DNA of 59,287 nt, filler included. It is 4 parts of 4 records of this genome, joined end to end, with 100 filler letters (N's around TTAATTAATTAA, not from the genome) between each part and the next. Parts side by side here need not be neighbours in the genome. Positions count along the whole stretch, not along the records: positions 1 to 13,847 come from SRR2962707_4283; 3 more parts are not named here. One strand, written 5' to 3'. The position numbers and the translations under genes were made by a program. The notes under the pieces are model-generated. The model ran no database searches and had not been told where the DNA came from. It worked only from the letters and a program-made list of their open reading frames with translations. Shown piece by piece: positions 1 to 9,333 of the stretch; within the stretch, counting starts at the first letter, position 1, and each line of letters begins with the position of its first letter.

Positions 1-58
1 AGGCAAGCTCCCACAGCGGCTTCGTAGCACAATTGTGGGAGCCAGCCTGCTGGCGAAT
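1..58. repeat. REP/REPIN-like extragenic palindrome (partial, at contig start)
   Basis: GCTCCCACA...TGTGGGAGC inverted repeat. TCCCACAGCGGCTTCGTAGC (9-28) recurs exactly at 13622-13641. Confidence 0.6.
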
Positions 59-136
59 CCGGCCCTCTGGCATTGGCACATTCACTTGCGGACAAGTTCT
101 CACAGTGGCTCGCAGCATCGTCCGCGGAAAACCGCT

Positions 137-883
137 TCACTTGCGAACGGAGGGTGAAGTGTAGACATCGAAGCGAACGGTCTTGCCCTCGAGACTGTGC
201 GAAGCCACCACTGCCGCCAATGGCGGCGCCCGGCGCGGGCGCTTGACCACCACCTTGCGCGCGTCCAGGCTCCGCGCCATGGCCAGCAACGCCTGCTCCT
301 CGACCTCATCCGGGTACGGACACAGCTGCTGCAACCAGCGCAGATCCTGCTTCACCGCCGCGCTTTTGTCCCTGGGCGGAAACATGGGGTCGAGAAACAC
401 CGCGTGGAACGGCCCTTCCAGAACAGCCGCCAGATCCCGTGCGTCGGCAAGTGGCAACAGGGTGAGATGGGACGCCAGCGGCGTGCCCACCGCGCGGGCC
501 AGACCGTCCGCCAGCAAGGCGTGCAATATCGGCTGGCGCTCCACCATCAACACCTGAAAGCCGGCCTGGGCCATTAACGCCGAATCACGGCCGAGGCCGG
601 CGGTGAGATCGCAAACTCGCGCCGGCGCGTCGACGACTTTCCCCAGTGCCTTGATCAACCGCTCATGACGCACCCGGTCCGCCGCCAGACGATAGCCCTG
701 GCGGCCACCGAGGAAATCCACGCACAGAGGCGCCGCCTTCCGTGCCGGCGCCCACAAGGACAGGCGGTCGTCGACGCGCCCAAGCACCAGTTCAACGCCT
801 TGCTCCCGGGCACTGGCCACATCCTCCACATGAGGAACCCCTTGCAGGTCCGGGGCGCCGGGGAGACAGGCCACTGGTATCAA
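137..883 (-). CDS. rsmJ: 16S rRNA m2G1516 methyltransferase (RsmJ/YhiQ family)
   Basis: Motifs [23 protein letters not shown] and RFDVY are typical of RsmJ. Confidence 0.9.
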   Translation of the reverse strand: MIPVACLPGAPDLQGVPHVEDVASAREQGVELVLGRVDDRLSLWAPARKAAPLCVDFLGGRQGYRLAADRVRHERLIKALGKVVDAPARVCDLTAGLGRDSALMAQAGFQVLMVERQPILHALLADGLARAVGTPLASHLTLLPLADARDLAAVLEGPFHAVFLDPMFPPRDKSAAVKQDLRWLQQLCPYPDEVEEQALLAMARSLDARKVVVKRPRRAPPLAAVVASHSLEGKTVRFDVYTSPSVRK

Positions 884-1695
884 GACAGCGTTGTTCCTGA
901 ATAAATAACGTAGAACAGCACACCGCCCAGCAGCAGCCGGTAAATCATGAACGGCAGCATGCCGATGCGGTCCAGCAAACGCAGGAAGAACACAATGGTC
1001 AGGTAAGCCACCACGCCGCTGACCGCCACGCCGAGGATCAGGTGCAGCCAGTCCACCGGCACCGTGCTTTCCGCCAGATCCTTGGCCTTGAGCAGGCCGG
1101 CGCCAAGAATCACCGGTATCGACATCAGAAAAGAAAAGCGGGCCGCGTCTTCACGGCGAAAGCCCAGCGCCAACGCCGCGGTGATGGTAATGCCACTGCG
1201 CGAGGTGCCAGGGATCAGGGCCAGCGCCTGCGCCACACCAATCAACAAGGCACTGCCCACGCCCATGGTTTCGGTGCCGCGCCGACGCGCGCCGAGCACG
1301 TCCGCCAGCCACAACAGCACACCAAAAAGTACCGTGGTGACGGCGATCACCGTGGCCGAGCGTAACTCGTTTTCAATCAGGTCCTTGGCCAGAAAACCGG
1401 CGGCCACCGCCGGAATCGTCGCCAGCCCCACCAGCAGAGTCAGACGCAACTCGCTGTTCATGGTGCTGGTGCGGATCCCCTTCAGGCTGCCACCGGTCAT
1501 CGCCAGCAGATCCCGACGGTAATACACCACCACCGCCAGCAGGGTTCCCAGGTGCACCGCCACGTCGAAAGCCAGGCCCTGGTCGGGCCAGCCGAACAGG
1601 GCCGAGGGCAGAATCAAATGAGCGGAGCTGGAGATGGGCAGGAATTCGGTAAGGCCCTGGATCAGGGCCAGGATAACGGCTTGAAAGGCATCCAT
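880..1695 (-). CDS. uppP: undecaprenyl-diphosphate phosphatase
   Basis: [26 protein letters not shown] and [10 protein letters not shown]. An alternative TTG start lies at 1704. Confidence 0.95.
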   Translation of the reverse strand: MDAFQAVILALIQGLTEFLPISSSAHLILPSALFGWPDQGLAFDVAVHLGTLLAVVVYYRRDLLAMTGGSLKGIRTSTMNSELRLTLLVGLATIPAVAAGFLAKDLIENELRSATVIAVTTVLFGVLLWLADVLGARRRGTETMGVGSALLIGVAQALALIPGTSRSGITITAALALGFRREDAARFSFLMSIPVILGAGLLKAKDLAESTVPVDWLHLILGVAVSGVVAYLTIVFFLRLLDRIGMLPFMIYRLLLGGVLFYVIYSGTTLS

Positions 1696-1700
1696 TCGGC

Positions 1701-2138
1701 TCAATCTTCCCGGGCGGTAAGTTGGTAACCGGACAAAAATTCCGGCGGCATACGGCGGGGTTTGCCCGAATCCAGAGCCACGCAGACCCAGCGGGTACGG
1801 CCACGCAGTAGCGTCAGCCCATCGGATTCACGGATGATTTGATAACGGCGGGTGATACTGATGCGTTCGTCGTTCTCCACGATCCAGGTGCCGACCAGCA
1901 GTGACTCCCCTTCGAACGCCGGCGCCAGATAATCCACTTCGGTACGACGCGCCACCATGCCACGGTTGAGCTGCTGGTATTTGTCCCAGCCCAGCCCCAG
2001 CGCCTGGGTGTGGTGCCAGGCGATCTGCTCCATGAAACGCAGATACTCGGTGTTGTTGACGTGGCCCATGACATCAATGGCCTGCTTCGGCACCACCACT
2101 TGCAGATGGTGTACATTCGGCAAATCCCACTCGATCAT
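1701..2138 (-). CDS. acyl-CoA thioesterase (4HBT/YbgC-like hotdog fold)
   Basis: [17 protein letters not shown] motif. ATG at 2138 overlaps the tsaB stop. Confidence 0.85.
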   Translation of the reverse strand: MIEWDLPNVHHLQVVVPKQAIDVMGHVNNTEYLRFMEQIAWHHTQALGLGWDKYQQLNRGMVARRTEVDYLAPAFEGESLLVGTWIVENDERISITRRYQIIRESDGLTLLRGRTRWVCVALDSGKPRRMPPEFLSGYQLTARED

Positions 2139-2815
2139 TACTTGCTCCCTATCTGAACCACACGATCGCGCAAATAAACCGGCTGCGCCTGCTCGGCCGG
2201 CACGGTGCGACCTTCCCGTACCGCCGCCACCGCCAGACGGGCCACGGTGGCCGCGCGAGGCATCGCCTCGGCGTCCACCCCGGCCCAAGTCAGGCGGTCG
2301 CGCAGCGCGTCCTGATAAACCGTTCCGGAACCAGCCAGCAGCCAATCGCCGCCATCCAGCACGGGAATCCGTTCCGGCGCGAACACCCCTTCATCACACA
2401 GTGCTTCCACCTTGTCACCGCCACAACGATAGGCGCCGAAATACACTTCCCCCATGCGGGCGTCGAACACCGCGACGACCTGTTGAAAGCGGGGCTGGAG
2501 ATCATGGGCAGCCAGGGCACAGGATGCCAGGGTGGAGACCCCGACCACCGGCAAGTCCAGTGAAAAGGCCAGCCCCTGCACCACCGAGGTGGCGACGCGT
2601 ACCCCGGTGAAGGAGCCCGGGCCCTGGCCAAACGCCAGCGCGTCCACCGAGGAGAGTTCGATACCCGCTTCCGCCAGGAGTTCCTCCACCATCGGCAATA
2701 CCCGTTCGGTTTGCCGGCGCGCCCCGGGCTCGAACTTTTCCAATACGGCACCGTCCTGCCATAGCGCCACGGAGCAGGCGTCAGTGGCGGTTTCGATGGC
2801 GACAATACGGGTCAT
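2138..2815 (-). CDS. tsaB: tRNA threonylcarbamoyladenosine biosynthesis protein TsaB
   Basis: AIETATDACSVAL, GPGSFTGVRVA, DARMGEVY and PVYLR. Confidence 0.95.
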   Translation of the reverse strand: MTRIVAIETATDACSVALWQDGAVLEKFEPGARRQTERVLPMVEELLAEAGIELSSVDALAFGQGPGSFTGVRVATSVVQGLAFSLDLPVVGVSTLASCALAAHDLQPRFQQVVAVFDARMGEVYFGAYRCGGDKVEALCDEGVFAPERIPVLDGGDWLLAGSGTVYQDALRDRLTWAGVDAEAMPRAATVARLAVAAVREGRTVPAEQAQPVYLRDRVVQIGSK

Positions 2816-2864
2816 TGGCTGGCTACTCCCGAGAAGGCGGCTGAGCCGATGCGGCGGAACACGG

Positions 2865-4784
2865 TCAGCGATTCCTGATGTAATCGAAAAAACGTTTCAC
2901 CACCTCCAGCTTGCGGGTGCGGGTCATGCCCGGCAAGCTGTCGATGAACATGCGCCCGTAGCCCTTGCTGAGCAGGCGCGGATCCGCCACCACCAGCAGG
3001 CCGGTGTCCTGTGGATCGCGGATCAGACGGCCGGCGCCCTGACGCAGGGCCAGCACCGCCTGGGGCAGTTGGTAATCACGAAAGGCGTTACCGCCGTTGC
3101 GATTGATGTACTCGATGCGGGCCGCCGCCACCGGATCACCCGGCGACGCGAACGGCAGCTTGTCGATTATGACACAGCTCAGCGCATCGCCTCGCACATC
3201 AATGCCTTCCCAGAAACTGCTGGTGCCAAGCAACACCGCATTGCCCAGACGCCGGAACTCATCCAGCAGTTCCCGGCGACCGGCCTCGCCCTGCACCAGC
3301 AACGGATAGCTCAGGCGCTGGCGCAGAATACCGGCGGCTTCGCGCAACGCCCGATGGCTGGTGAACAGAAAGAACGTCCGCCCCTCGGCCGCTTCAATCA
3401 CCGGCACCATGGCTTCGGAGAGCGCGGCGGTATACCCCGGCGACGACGGCGCCGGCAAGCCATCCGGTGCGTAGAACACCGCCTGGCGTTTGAAATCGAA
3501 CGGACTTTCCAGACGCAGCGTCTCGGCCTCATCCAGCCCCAGGCGCTTCTGTAAATGCTCGAAACGGCCAGCCACGGACAGGGTGGCGGAGGTCAGCACC
3601 CAGGCACAGGGGTGCTGCTCCCGTTGAGCCCGCAGCTGCGCCGCCACCGACAACGGGGTGCCGTGCAGCACGGCGGTGCGACGAAACGTCTCGAACCAAT
3701 AGACCCGGTTCGGCGCCTGCGCCTCCAACAGATTCTCCAGAGTACGCAGGTGCTCCCAGGCGCGCCGGGCACAGGCTTCCAATCCCCGGCTGGCCTTGGC
3801 GTGGGGCTTGAGGAAGGCTTCCAGCTCCGAGGTGGCCTCGCGCAGCGCCTGCCCCGCTTCCCGCACCACCTCCAGTTCCGCCACCTCGGACCAGGGCGCG
3901 CGGCGTTCCTGCTCACCAAGGCCGAGGCGAAAATCCTGACAGGCCTTGTCCAGCGCGCTGATACGGCGGTTCAGTTCGCCCACATCGATGGCATTGCTGG
4001 ACGCCTCCGACAAGCTGTCCCGTCCCAGTTCCTGAAGCTGCCGGGTACTCAGTGAATCGCCAAAGAAATTGGCCGCCACCTCGGGCAACTGGTGCGCCTC
4101 GTCGAAGATCACCGTGTTGACACTGGGCAGCAGCTCGCTCACCCCTTCCCCGCGTAACGCCGCATTGGCGAAGAACAAGTGATGGTTGACCACCACCAGG
4201 TCCGCCTCCTGGGCCTCCCGCCGGGCGTTCATCAAGGGGCATTCGGAATGGCGCGGGCACTCCGCGCCCAGGCAGTTGTCCGCGGTGCTGGTCACCCAGG
4301 GCCACACTGGCGCGTCTTCCGGCAACTGCTTCAACTCGGCGATATCGCCGGAACGGGTACGGCCGGCCCAGTGGGCGACGATCCGCAACTGCTCGGCGGT
4401 TTCCCGGGTCAGAAAACGGGCTTCTTCCTGGTGCAGTTCCAGGCGATAGGGGCACAGATAGTTGGCGCGCCCCTTCAGCAGAGCCACTTTGCGCGGTACC
4501 GGCAGCGCCTTGAGCACCACCGGCAGATCCTTGAAGAACAACTGATCCTGGAGACTCTTGGTGCCGGTGGAAACCAACGTGGGGCCGTCGCCGAGCAGCG
4601 CCGGCAGCAAATAAGCCAGGGTCTTGCCAGTGCCGGTTTCGGCCTCCACCAGCAAGGTGCCGTGGGAACGGATCGCCGCGTCCACCGCGTCGGCCATGCG
4701 CAACTGGGGCTCTCGGGGGCGATAGCCCTCCAGCAGGCGGCCCATATGGTCGGCATCATTAAGCAATTCGCTGGCGCGAGTCAC
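2865..4784 (-). CDS. yoaA: DinG/YoaA-family ATP-dependent DNA helicase
   Basis: EAETGTGKT, Fe-S cysteines (NYLC, NCLGAECP, ECP), DEAH, SFWEGID, KLPF and QGAGRLIR. Adjacent to tsaB as in many gammaproteobacteria. Confidence 0.9.
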   Translation of the reverse strand: MTRASELLNDADHMGRLLEGYRPREPQLRMADAVDAAIRSHGTLLVEAETGTGKTLAYLLPALLGDGPTLVSTGTKSLQDQLFFKDLPVVLKALPVPRKVALLKGRANYLCPYRLELHQEEARFLTRETAEQLRIVAHWAGRTRSGDIAELKQLPEDAPVWPWVTSTADNCLGAECPRHSECPLMNARREAQEADLVVVNHHLFFANAALRGEGVSELLPSVNTVIFDEAHQLPEVAANFFGDSLSTRQLQELGRDSLSEASSNAIDVGELNRRISALDKACQDFRLGLGEQERRAPWSEVAELEVVREAGQALREATSELEAFLKPHAKASRGLEACARRAWEHLRTLENLLEAQAPNRVYWFETFRRTAVLHGTPLSVAAQLRAQREQHPCAWVLTSATLSVAGRFEHLQKRLGLDEAETLRLESPFDFKRQAVFYAPDGLPAPSSPGYTAALSEAMVPVIEAAEGRTFFLFTSHRALREAAGILRQRLSYPLLVQGEAGRRELLDEFRRLGNAVLLGTSSFWEGIDVRGDALSCVIIDKLPFASPGDPVAAARIEYINRNGGNAFRDYQLPQAVLALRQGAGRLIRDPQDTGLLVVADPRLLSKGYGRMFIDSLPGMTRTRKLEVVKRFFDYIRNR

Positions 4785-4981
4785 GGCGTATCCTTGAACC
4801 GGTCAGGAAAGGTCGCCGGGGCATGCCGGCAACATCGGGTCGGGTGGCAGAGGATAGCGGATATCGCAGGAGACGCCAAAGGGCTACCCGCACTCCGTGC
4901 AAGCGCCCATGACATTACCGGGAGCAATTTTTAAGGTTGCTCCGCGAAAGCCCTAGGGGAGACCTCCAGGGCGGCGGACAT

Positions 4982-5018
4982 AAAAAAACGCCCGGGCCAC
5001 GAAGGCACCGGGCGTTTT
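4982..5018 (-). terminator. intrinsic terminator of the SCP2 gene
   Basis: AAAACGCCCGG...CCGGGCGTTTT hairpin with a T-run on the minus strand, just after the stop at 5035. Confidence 0.8.
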
Positions 5019-5034
5019 GCTGAGAAGATGGTGA

Positions 5035-5421
5035 TCAGGCCGTGATGTCCTGAATCTGCTTCATCAGTTGCTTCTGATCGTCGGTGGGCTGGGCGGACTG
5101 CAGCGCCATCAGCTTGCTCATGTCACCTTCGATACGGATCTGGCCGCTCATGAAACCCTGCATGCCGGCGGACTGGTCACCTTCGATGAAAATGCGCTTG
5201 GCCAGATCGGCCGGCAGGATCAGGGTGGTGGGGGCTTCATCACGGTGCCCTTCCTCGATCATCCCGCCAACCAGGGACAGCGCTTTCTCGCCGCCGTCGC
5301 CGTTGACGGTGATATTGATCACCAGGTCGGCCAGAGCCGCCGGAGCGGACACATCGCCGGCCGCATCCCGAATTTCCTTCACTTTCGCGAACCATTCGTC
5401 TGACAGGAATTCAACGCTCAT
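5035..5421 (-). CDS. SCP2 sterol/lipid-binding domain protein
   Basis: MSVEFLSDEWF start and GMQGFMSGQIRIEGDMSKLM SCP2 signature; GAGGAG RBS. Confidence 0.85.
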   Translation of the reverse strand: MSVEFLSDEWFAKVKEIRDAAGDVSAPAALADLVINITVNGDGGEKALSLVGGMIEEGHRDEAPTTLILPADLAKRIFIEGDQSAGMQGFMSGQIRIEGDMSKLMALQSAQPTDDQKQLMKQIQDITA

Positions 5422-5558
5422 TATGTTCTCCTCGCTCAAGGGATAGGGCTTCGAGACGCGCCTTTCCTTTTCAAACGGCCGTTCGAAACTTTCCCGTACC
5501 TTATAGAAAGGCTCGGGGGGTGGCAATAGCCGTACGCGGGTCCAAGAAGGCCAAAAGG

Positions 5559-6389
5559 TCAATCCTCCGGCCCGGCCAGCAAAGTCCGATACCGGTCGAT
5601 GCACTCGATGTTCTCACGCGGGTAATCCGGCGCCAGATACGCCAGTGTCTCCGCCAATAAATGCGCCACCCGGGCACGGGCGTCGTCCTTGTCATCATTG
5701 GCAATCAGATGCCAGGGAGCGTGCCCCGTATGCGTAGCGATCAGCGTTTCATTGACCCGTTCCAGATACAGGTCGCGGGACAACCAGTTGTCGATGTCCG
5801 CCGGCTCGAACTTCCAGCGTTTGCGTGGTTTGTTGAGGCGCTTGAGCAGCCGCTTGCGCTGCTCCTCCGCCGAGGTGTTCAGCCACACCTTGATGATGCG
5901 GGTGCCCTCGCGGTGCAGATGATGCTCGAAATCGTTGATGGCCTGATAGCGGCCGGGCCAGTCCGGCTCTTCCGGGACCTCGACCACCGGCCAGAGCCGC
6001 TCGGCCAGGACCGCTTCATAATGACTGCGATTGAACGCCACCACCTGCCCCCGCGCCGGCAAACGCGGCCATACCCGCCAGAGAAAGTCATGGTTGAGTT
6101 CATCCCCCAGCGGCCGGCCGAAGGAATAGGCGCGGAACGCCGCGGGGTCCATGGCCCGCGCCAGAGTACGGATCAGGCTGTCCTTGCCAGCCGCGTCCAG
6201 TCCCTGCACCACCAGCAACACCCCATAACGCTGGCTGGCATACAGCCGCCGCTGGTGCTCATGCAATCGTTCCCGGCTCTCTTCCAGTGGTGGTGGCGGT
6301 TCGCTGGCGAGGGTGGGCAGCTTGCGCACGTCCAGGGTGCCGGCGGCGGGCCAGCCGTAGGGGTCGATTTCCATGCCGGGGTCTCCCAT
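5559..6389 (-). CDS. polyphosphate kinase 2 family protein (class III-like)
   Basis: Walker A QGLDAAGKDS, HDFLWR, FNRSHYE, KRWKF and APWHLI. Start codon uncertain. Confidence 0.85.
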   Translation of the reverse strand: MGDPGMEIDPYGWPAAGTLDVRKLPTLASEPPPPLEESRERLHEHQRRLYASQRYGVLLVVQGLDAAGKDSLIRTLARAMDPAAFRAYSFGRPLGDELNHDFLWRVWPRLPARGQVVAFNRSHYEAVLAERLWPVVEVPEEPDWPGRYQAINDFEHHLHREGTRIIKVWLNTSAEEQRKRLLKRLNKPRKRWKFEPADIDNWLSRDLYLERVNETLIATHTGHAPWHLIANDDKDDARARVAHLLAETLAYLAPDYPRENIECIDRYRTLLAGPED

Positions 6390-6582
6390 TGCGATACCCC
6401 GAGCATAACGGTCCCGGCATGGCATTGTCGTTACGCCGGACGCCGGTAATGAAAAACCGGGCACACCACCCTGGCAGGCATATTTACGGCTCATCGCGGT
6501 TTAGAGCTCCTCGTGGACAGCGGAGCCCATTCTCGTTGTTCCTCGATGGTTTACCACCTGCCGTTCCAAAGCGTCCAACGCC

Positions 6583-7896
6583 TTACAGGTCGTAGCCACG
6601 CTCCTCGTGCAACGCCAGATCCAGCCCCTGGGTCTCTTCGTCCGGCGTCACCCGCAGCGGCGAGAACAGCCCCACCAGCTTCAGAACGCCCCAGGTCACC
6701 ACGGCGGTGTAGACGAAGGTCACCACCACGCCCAATGCCTGCACCCCCACCTGCTGCAACATACCGTAGTCCGGCTTGGCGAAACCGAAGCCGGAGAACA
6801 CGCCCAGCTCCGTGGATGCGAACACCCCGGCCAGCAGCGTGCCGAGTATGCCGCCAACGCCGTGCACCGGGAACACATCCAGGGAATCGTCGATCCGCCA
6901 TTTCTGTTTCACCACCAGCACCATGTAGAAACACAGCACGCCGGCGCACAGACCGATCACCAGCGCCGCACCCGGCCCGACGAAGCCGGAAGCCGGCGTG
7001 ATGGTGCCGAGACCGGCCACCATGCCGGTGGCGATACCCAGCGCCGAGGGCTTGCCGAACTTCAGATACTCCATGGTCACCCAGGCCAGGGAACCGGCGG
7101 CGGCGGAAATGTGGGTCACCAGCATGGCCATGGCGGCATTGCCGTCGGCGGCCAGGGCGGAACCGCCATTGAAACCGAACCAGCCCACCCACAGCATGCC
7201 GGCGCCGGTCACCGTCATGGTCATGTTGTGCGGCATCATCGCCTGCCCCGGCCAGCCTTTACGCCGCCCCAGTTCCAGGGCCGCCACCAGCGCCGCCACC
7301 CCGGCGGTGATGTGCACCACGGTGCCGCCGGCGAAGTCGTACAGTCCCAGTTCAGCCAGCCAGCCGCCGCCCCACACCCAGTGGCACACCGGCACGTACA
7401 CCAGCAGCACCCACAGACCACTGAACGCCAGCATGGCACCGAAGCGCATACGTTCGGCGAAGGCACCGACGATCAGCGCCGGAGTGATGATGGCAAAGGT
7501 CATCTGAAACAACGCGTGCAGGCTCAAAGGCAGCGATCCGGACAAGCTCTCACGGGTCATGCCGGCAAAGAAGGCCAGATCCAGGCCACCAATCCAGGCG
7601 TTGGCGGCGCCGCCATCAGTGAACGCCAGGGAATAGCCGGCCACCAGCCAGATCAGCGACACCAGACAGGCGATGGCGAAACACTGCATCAGCACCGACA
7701 GCACATTCCGGCCCCGCACCAGGCCGCCATAGAACAGACTCAGCCCCGGCAAGGTCATGAACAACACCAAGGCAGTGGCGGTCAGAATCCAGGCGGTGTC
7801 GGCCTGGTTCAGGGTATCGGCGGAAGCCACGCCTGGCAGCAGCAACACCGCCAGCCATCCCAACCATCGCCGCGAAGAAATCAGAGATATGCCCAT
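6583..7896 (-). CDS. amtB: ammonium transporter
   Basis: FQMTFAIIT, DFAGGTVVH, WVGWFGFNGGS, DDSLDVFPVHG and GLDLALHEERGY. No adjacent glnK. Confidence 0.95.
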   Translation of the reverse strand: MGISLISSRRWLGWLAVLLLPGVASADTLNQADTAWILTATALVLFMTLPGLSLFYGGLVRGRNVLSVLMQCFAIACLVSLIWLVAGYSLAFTDGGAANAWIGGLDLAFFAGMTRESLSGSLPLSLHALFQMTFAIITPALIVGAFAERMRFGAMLAFSGLWVLLVYVPVCHWVWGGGWLAELGLYDFAGGTVVHITAGVAALVAALELGRRKGWPGQAMMPHNMTMTVTGAGMLWVGWFGFNGGSALAADGNAAMAMLVTHISAAAGSLAWVTMEYLKFGKPSALGIATGMVAGLGTITPASGFVGPGAALVIGLCAGVLCFYMVLVVKQKWRIDDSLDVFPVHGVGGILGTLLAGVFASTELGVFSGFGFAKPDYGMLQQVGVQALGVVVTFVYTAVVTWGVLKLVGLFSPLRVTPDEETQGLDLALHEERGYDL

Positions 7897-7984
7897 AGAT
7901 CGAATTCCTGGTCCTCGAAGGCCGCCCGGGCGGCCGGTTGCACCAGCGGGAAGCAGCCCGCCCCAATTGCACCGGACAAGGGCA

Positions 7985-8000
7985 TTCAAGAATCGGGCCA
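7985..8000 (-). promoter_or_regulatory. putative sigma54 (-24/-12) promoter of amtB
   Basis: Minus strand TGGCCCG-ATTC-TTGAA versus consensus TGGCACG-N4-TTGCW. Confidence 0.5.
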
Positions 8001-8052
8001 GGGAGGCATTGCCCGGAATTCGGGCATATCAGGGCATAAGCACCGTTATTAC

Positions 8053-8098
8053 GCACAATATCGGTGCCAGGGCAGAGCATTTGGCACTGTTTTTGTGC
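8053..8098. promoter_or_regulatory. tandem NtrC-like binding sites
   Basis: GCAC-AATATCG-GTGC (8053-8067) and GCAC-TGTTTTT-GTGC (8084-8098), 31 bp apart, upstream of amtB. Confidence 0.65.
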
Positions 8099-8204
8099 AC
8101 TTCCGATGTTATCAATCAGTGCGGAAAGATGGACGGGATGGACATCTCCTCCCCTGCCTGCCCGGCACCGGTGCGGCGGACGGACAGGACAGGCGGGTGC
8201 CGCG

Positions 8205-9074
8205 TCAGTACAGGTAGGTAAACATCTTGCGGCGGTATTCACTGGCCAGCGGATCGCCCTTGGGCAGGCAGTCGAACACCTGCAGCAGAGCTGCCCGGGC
8301 AACCCCTTCCTCATAGTCACGATGATCCCGCAACAAGGTCAGCAGCGCCTCCAGCCCTTCACGGAACTGGCCGGCGGCGGCGGCCCGCAGCCCATAGGCA
8401 TGCAGATCCTCCGGCTTGCCGTCGGCTTGGATGCGTTCCGCCAGCGTCTTCAGGCTCTCGTTGCCGGCCGGCAGCTTGTCCAGCAGGGCAAAGCGGGCAC
8501 GGAACGGACGCAACTCCTCCACGTCCTCGGCGATTTCCGCCAACACCGACTGCGCCTCGTCCTGACGGCCTTCGCCGAGCAGGAATTCCACCAACAACGC
8601 ACGGAAAGCGTGTTTGTCCGGCTGTTGCTGCAGCGTCTGCCGCAGGGCCTGCTCCGCCTGATCGCCGTGGCCGGCCTCGATGGCCATGCGGACCTGCTCG
8701 AGAAACCCTTCTTCCTGTTCTTTCTCGGCGGCTTCCGGATCCAGCACCGGCGCCAGCCATTGGCGCAGAGCCCCTTCGCTCTGGGCCCCCTCCAACTCCG
8801 CCACCAACTGGCCCTGATAGACCAGCTTCAGGGACGGCAGGCTGCGTACGCCGAACTGCGCGGCGATGTTCTGCTGCTCATCGGCATTGACCTTGGCCAG
8901 GATCAGCTTGCCCTGATACTCAGCGGCCAGTTTTTCCAGGGTCGGTGCCATTTGCAGGCAGGGCTGGCACCAGGGCGCCCAGAAATCCACCAGTACCGGC
9001 GTCTGCCGGCTGGCTTCCAGCACCTGCTGAATATTTTGTTCGTTAACGTCAATGATCGAGGCGTTGTCTTGCAC
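8205..9074 (-). CDS. ybbN: thioredoxin-TPR co-chaperone (YbbN/CnoX family)
   Basis: VLVDFWAPWCQPC N-terminal thioredoxin domain and helical C-terminus ending YRRKMFTYLY. Confidence 0.9.
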   Translation of the reverse strand: MQDNASIIDVNEQNIQQVLEASRQTPVLVDFWAPWCQPCLQMAPTLEKLAAEYQGKLILAKVNADEQQNIAAQFGVRSLPSLKLVYQGQLVAELEGAQSEGALRQWLAPVLDPEAAEKEQEEGFLEQVRMAIEAGHGDQAEQALRQTLQQQPDKHAFRALLVEFLLGEGRQDEAQSVLAEIAEDVEELRPFRARFALLDKLPAGNESLKTLAERIQADGKPEDLHAYGLRAAAAGQFREGLEALLTLLRDHRDYEEGVARAALLQVFDCLPKGDPLASEYRRKMFTYLY

Positions 9075-9333
9075 CGCAATGCTCCTGTCGGGGGTGTCGG
9101 GACCAGGGAGAGCGGCAATTGTACGTAATTCCGCGCGTCAACGACATCCGCACCCACCGCGCGGGATTCATCCGATAGTCACCGCGGCGACGTCAAATAC
9201 GGTTAAAAGACCCCACGAACACAGGTATAAAGGTAGACTAAAGTCGTCCCCAAGTGTCGTCGCAGGGGAGCGCACACGGACGGGACAACACCGGATGCCA
9301 CCGGTGCCATTCACGCTGGCAAAGGAGATGACC

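Noticed and set aside
6607-8217. 536-aa plus-strand ORF
   Set aside because: Antisense shadow of amtB; its His/Gln-rich composition is typical of reversed membrane-protein genes.
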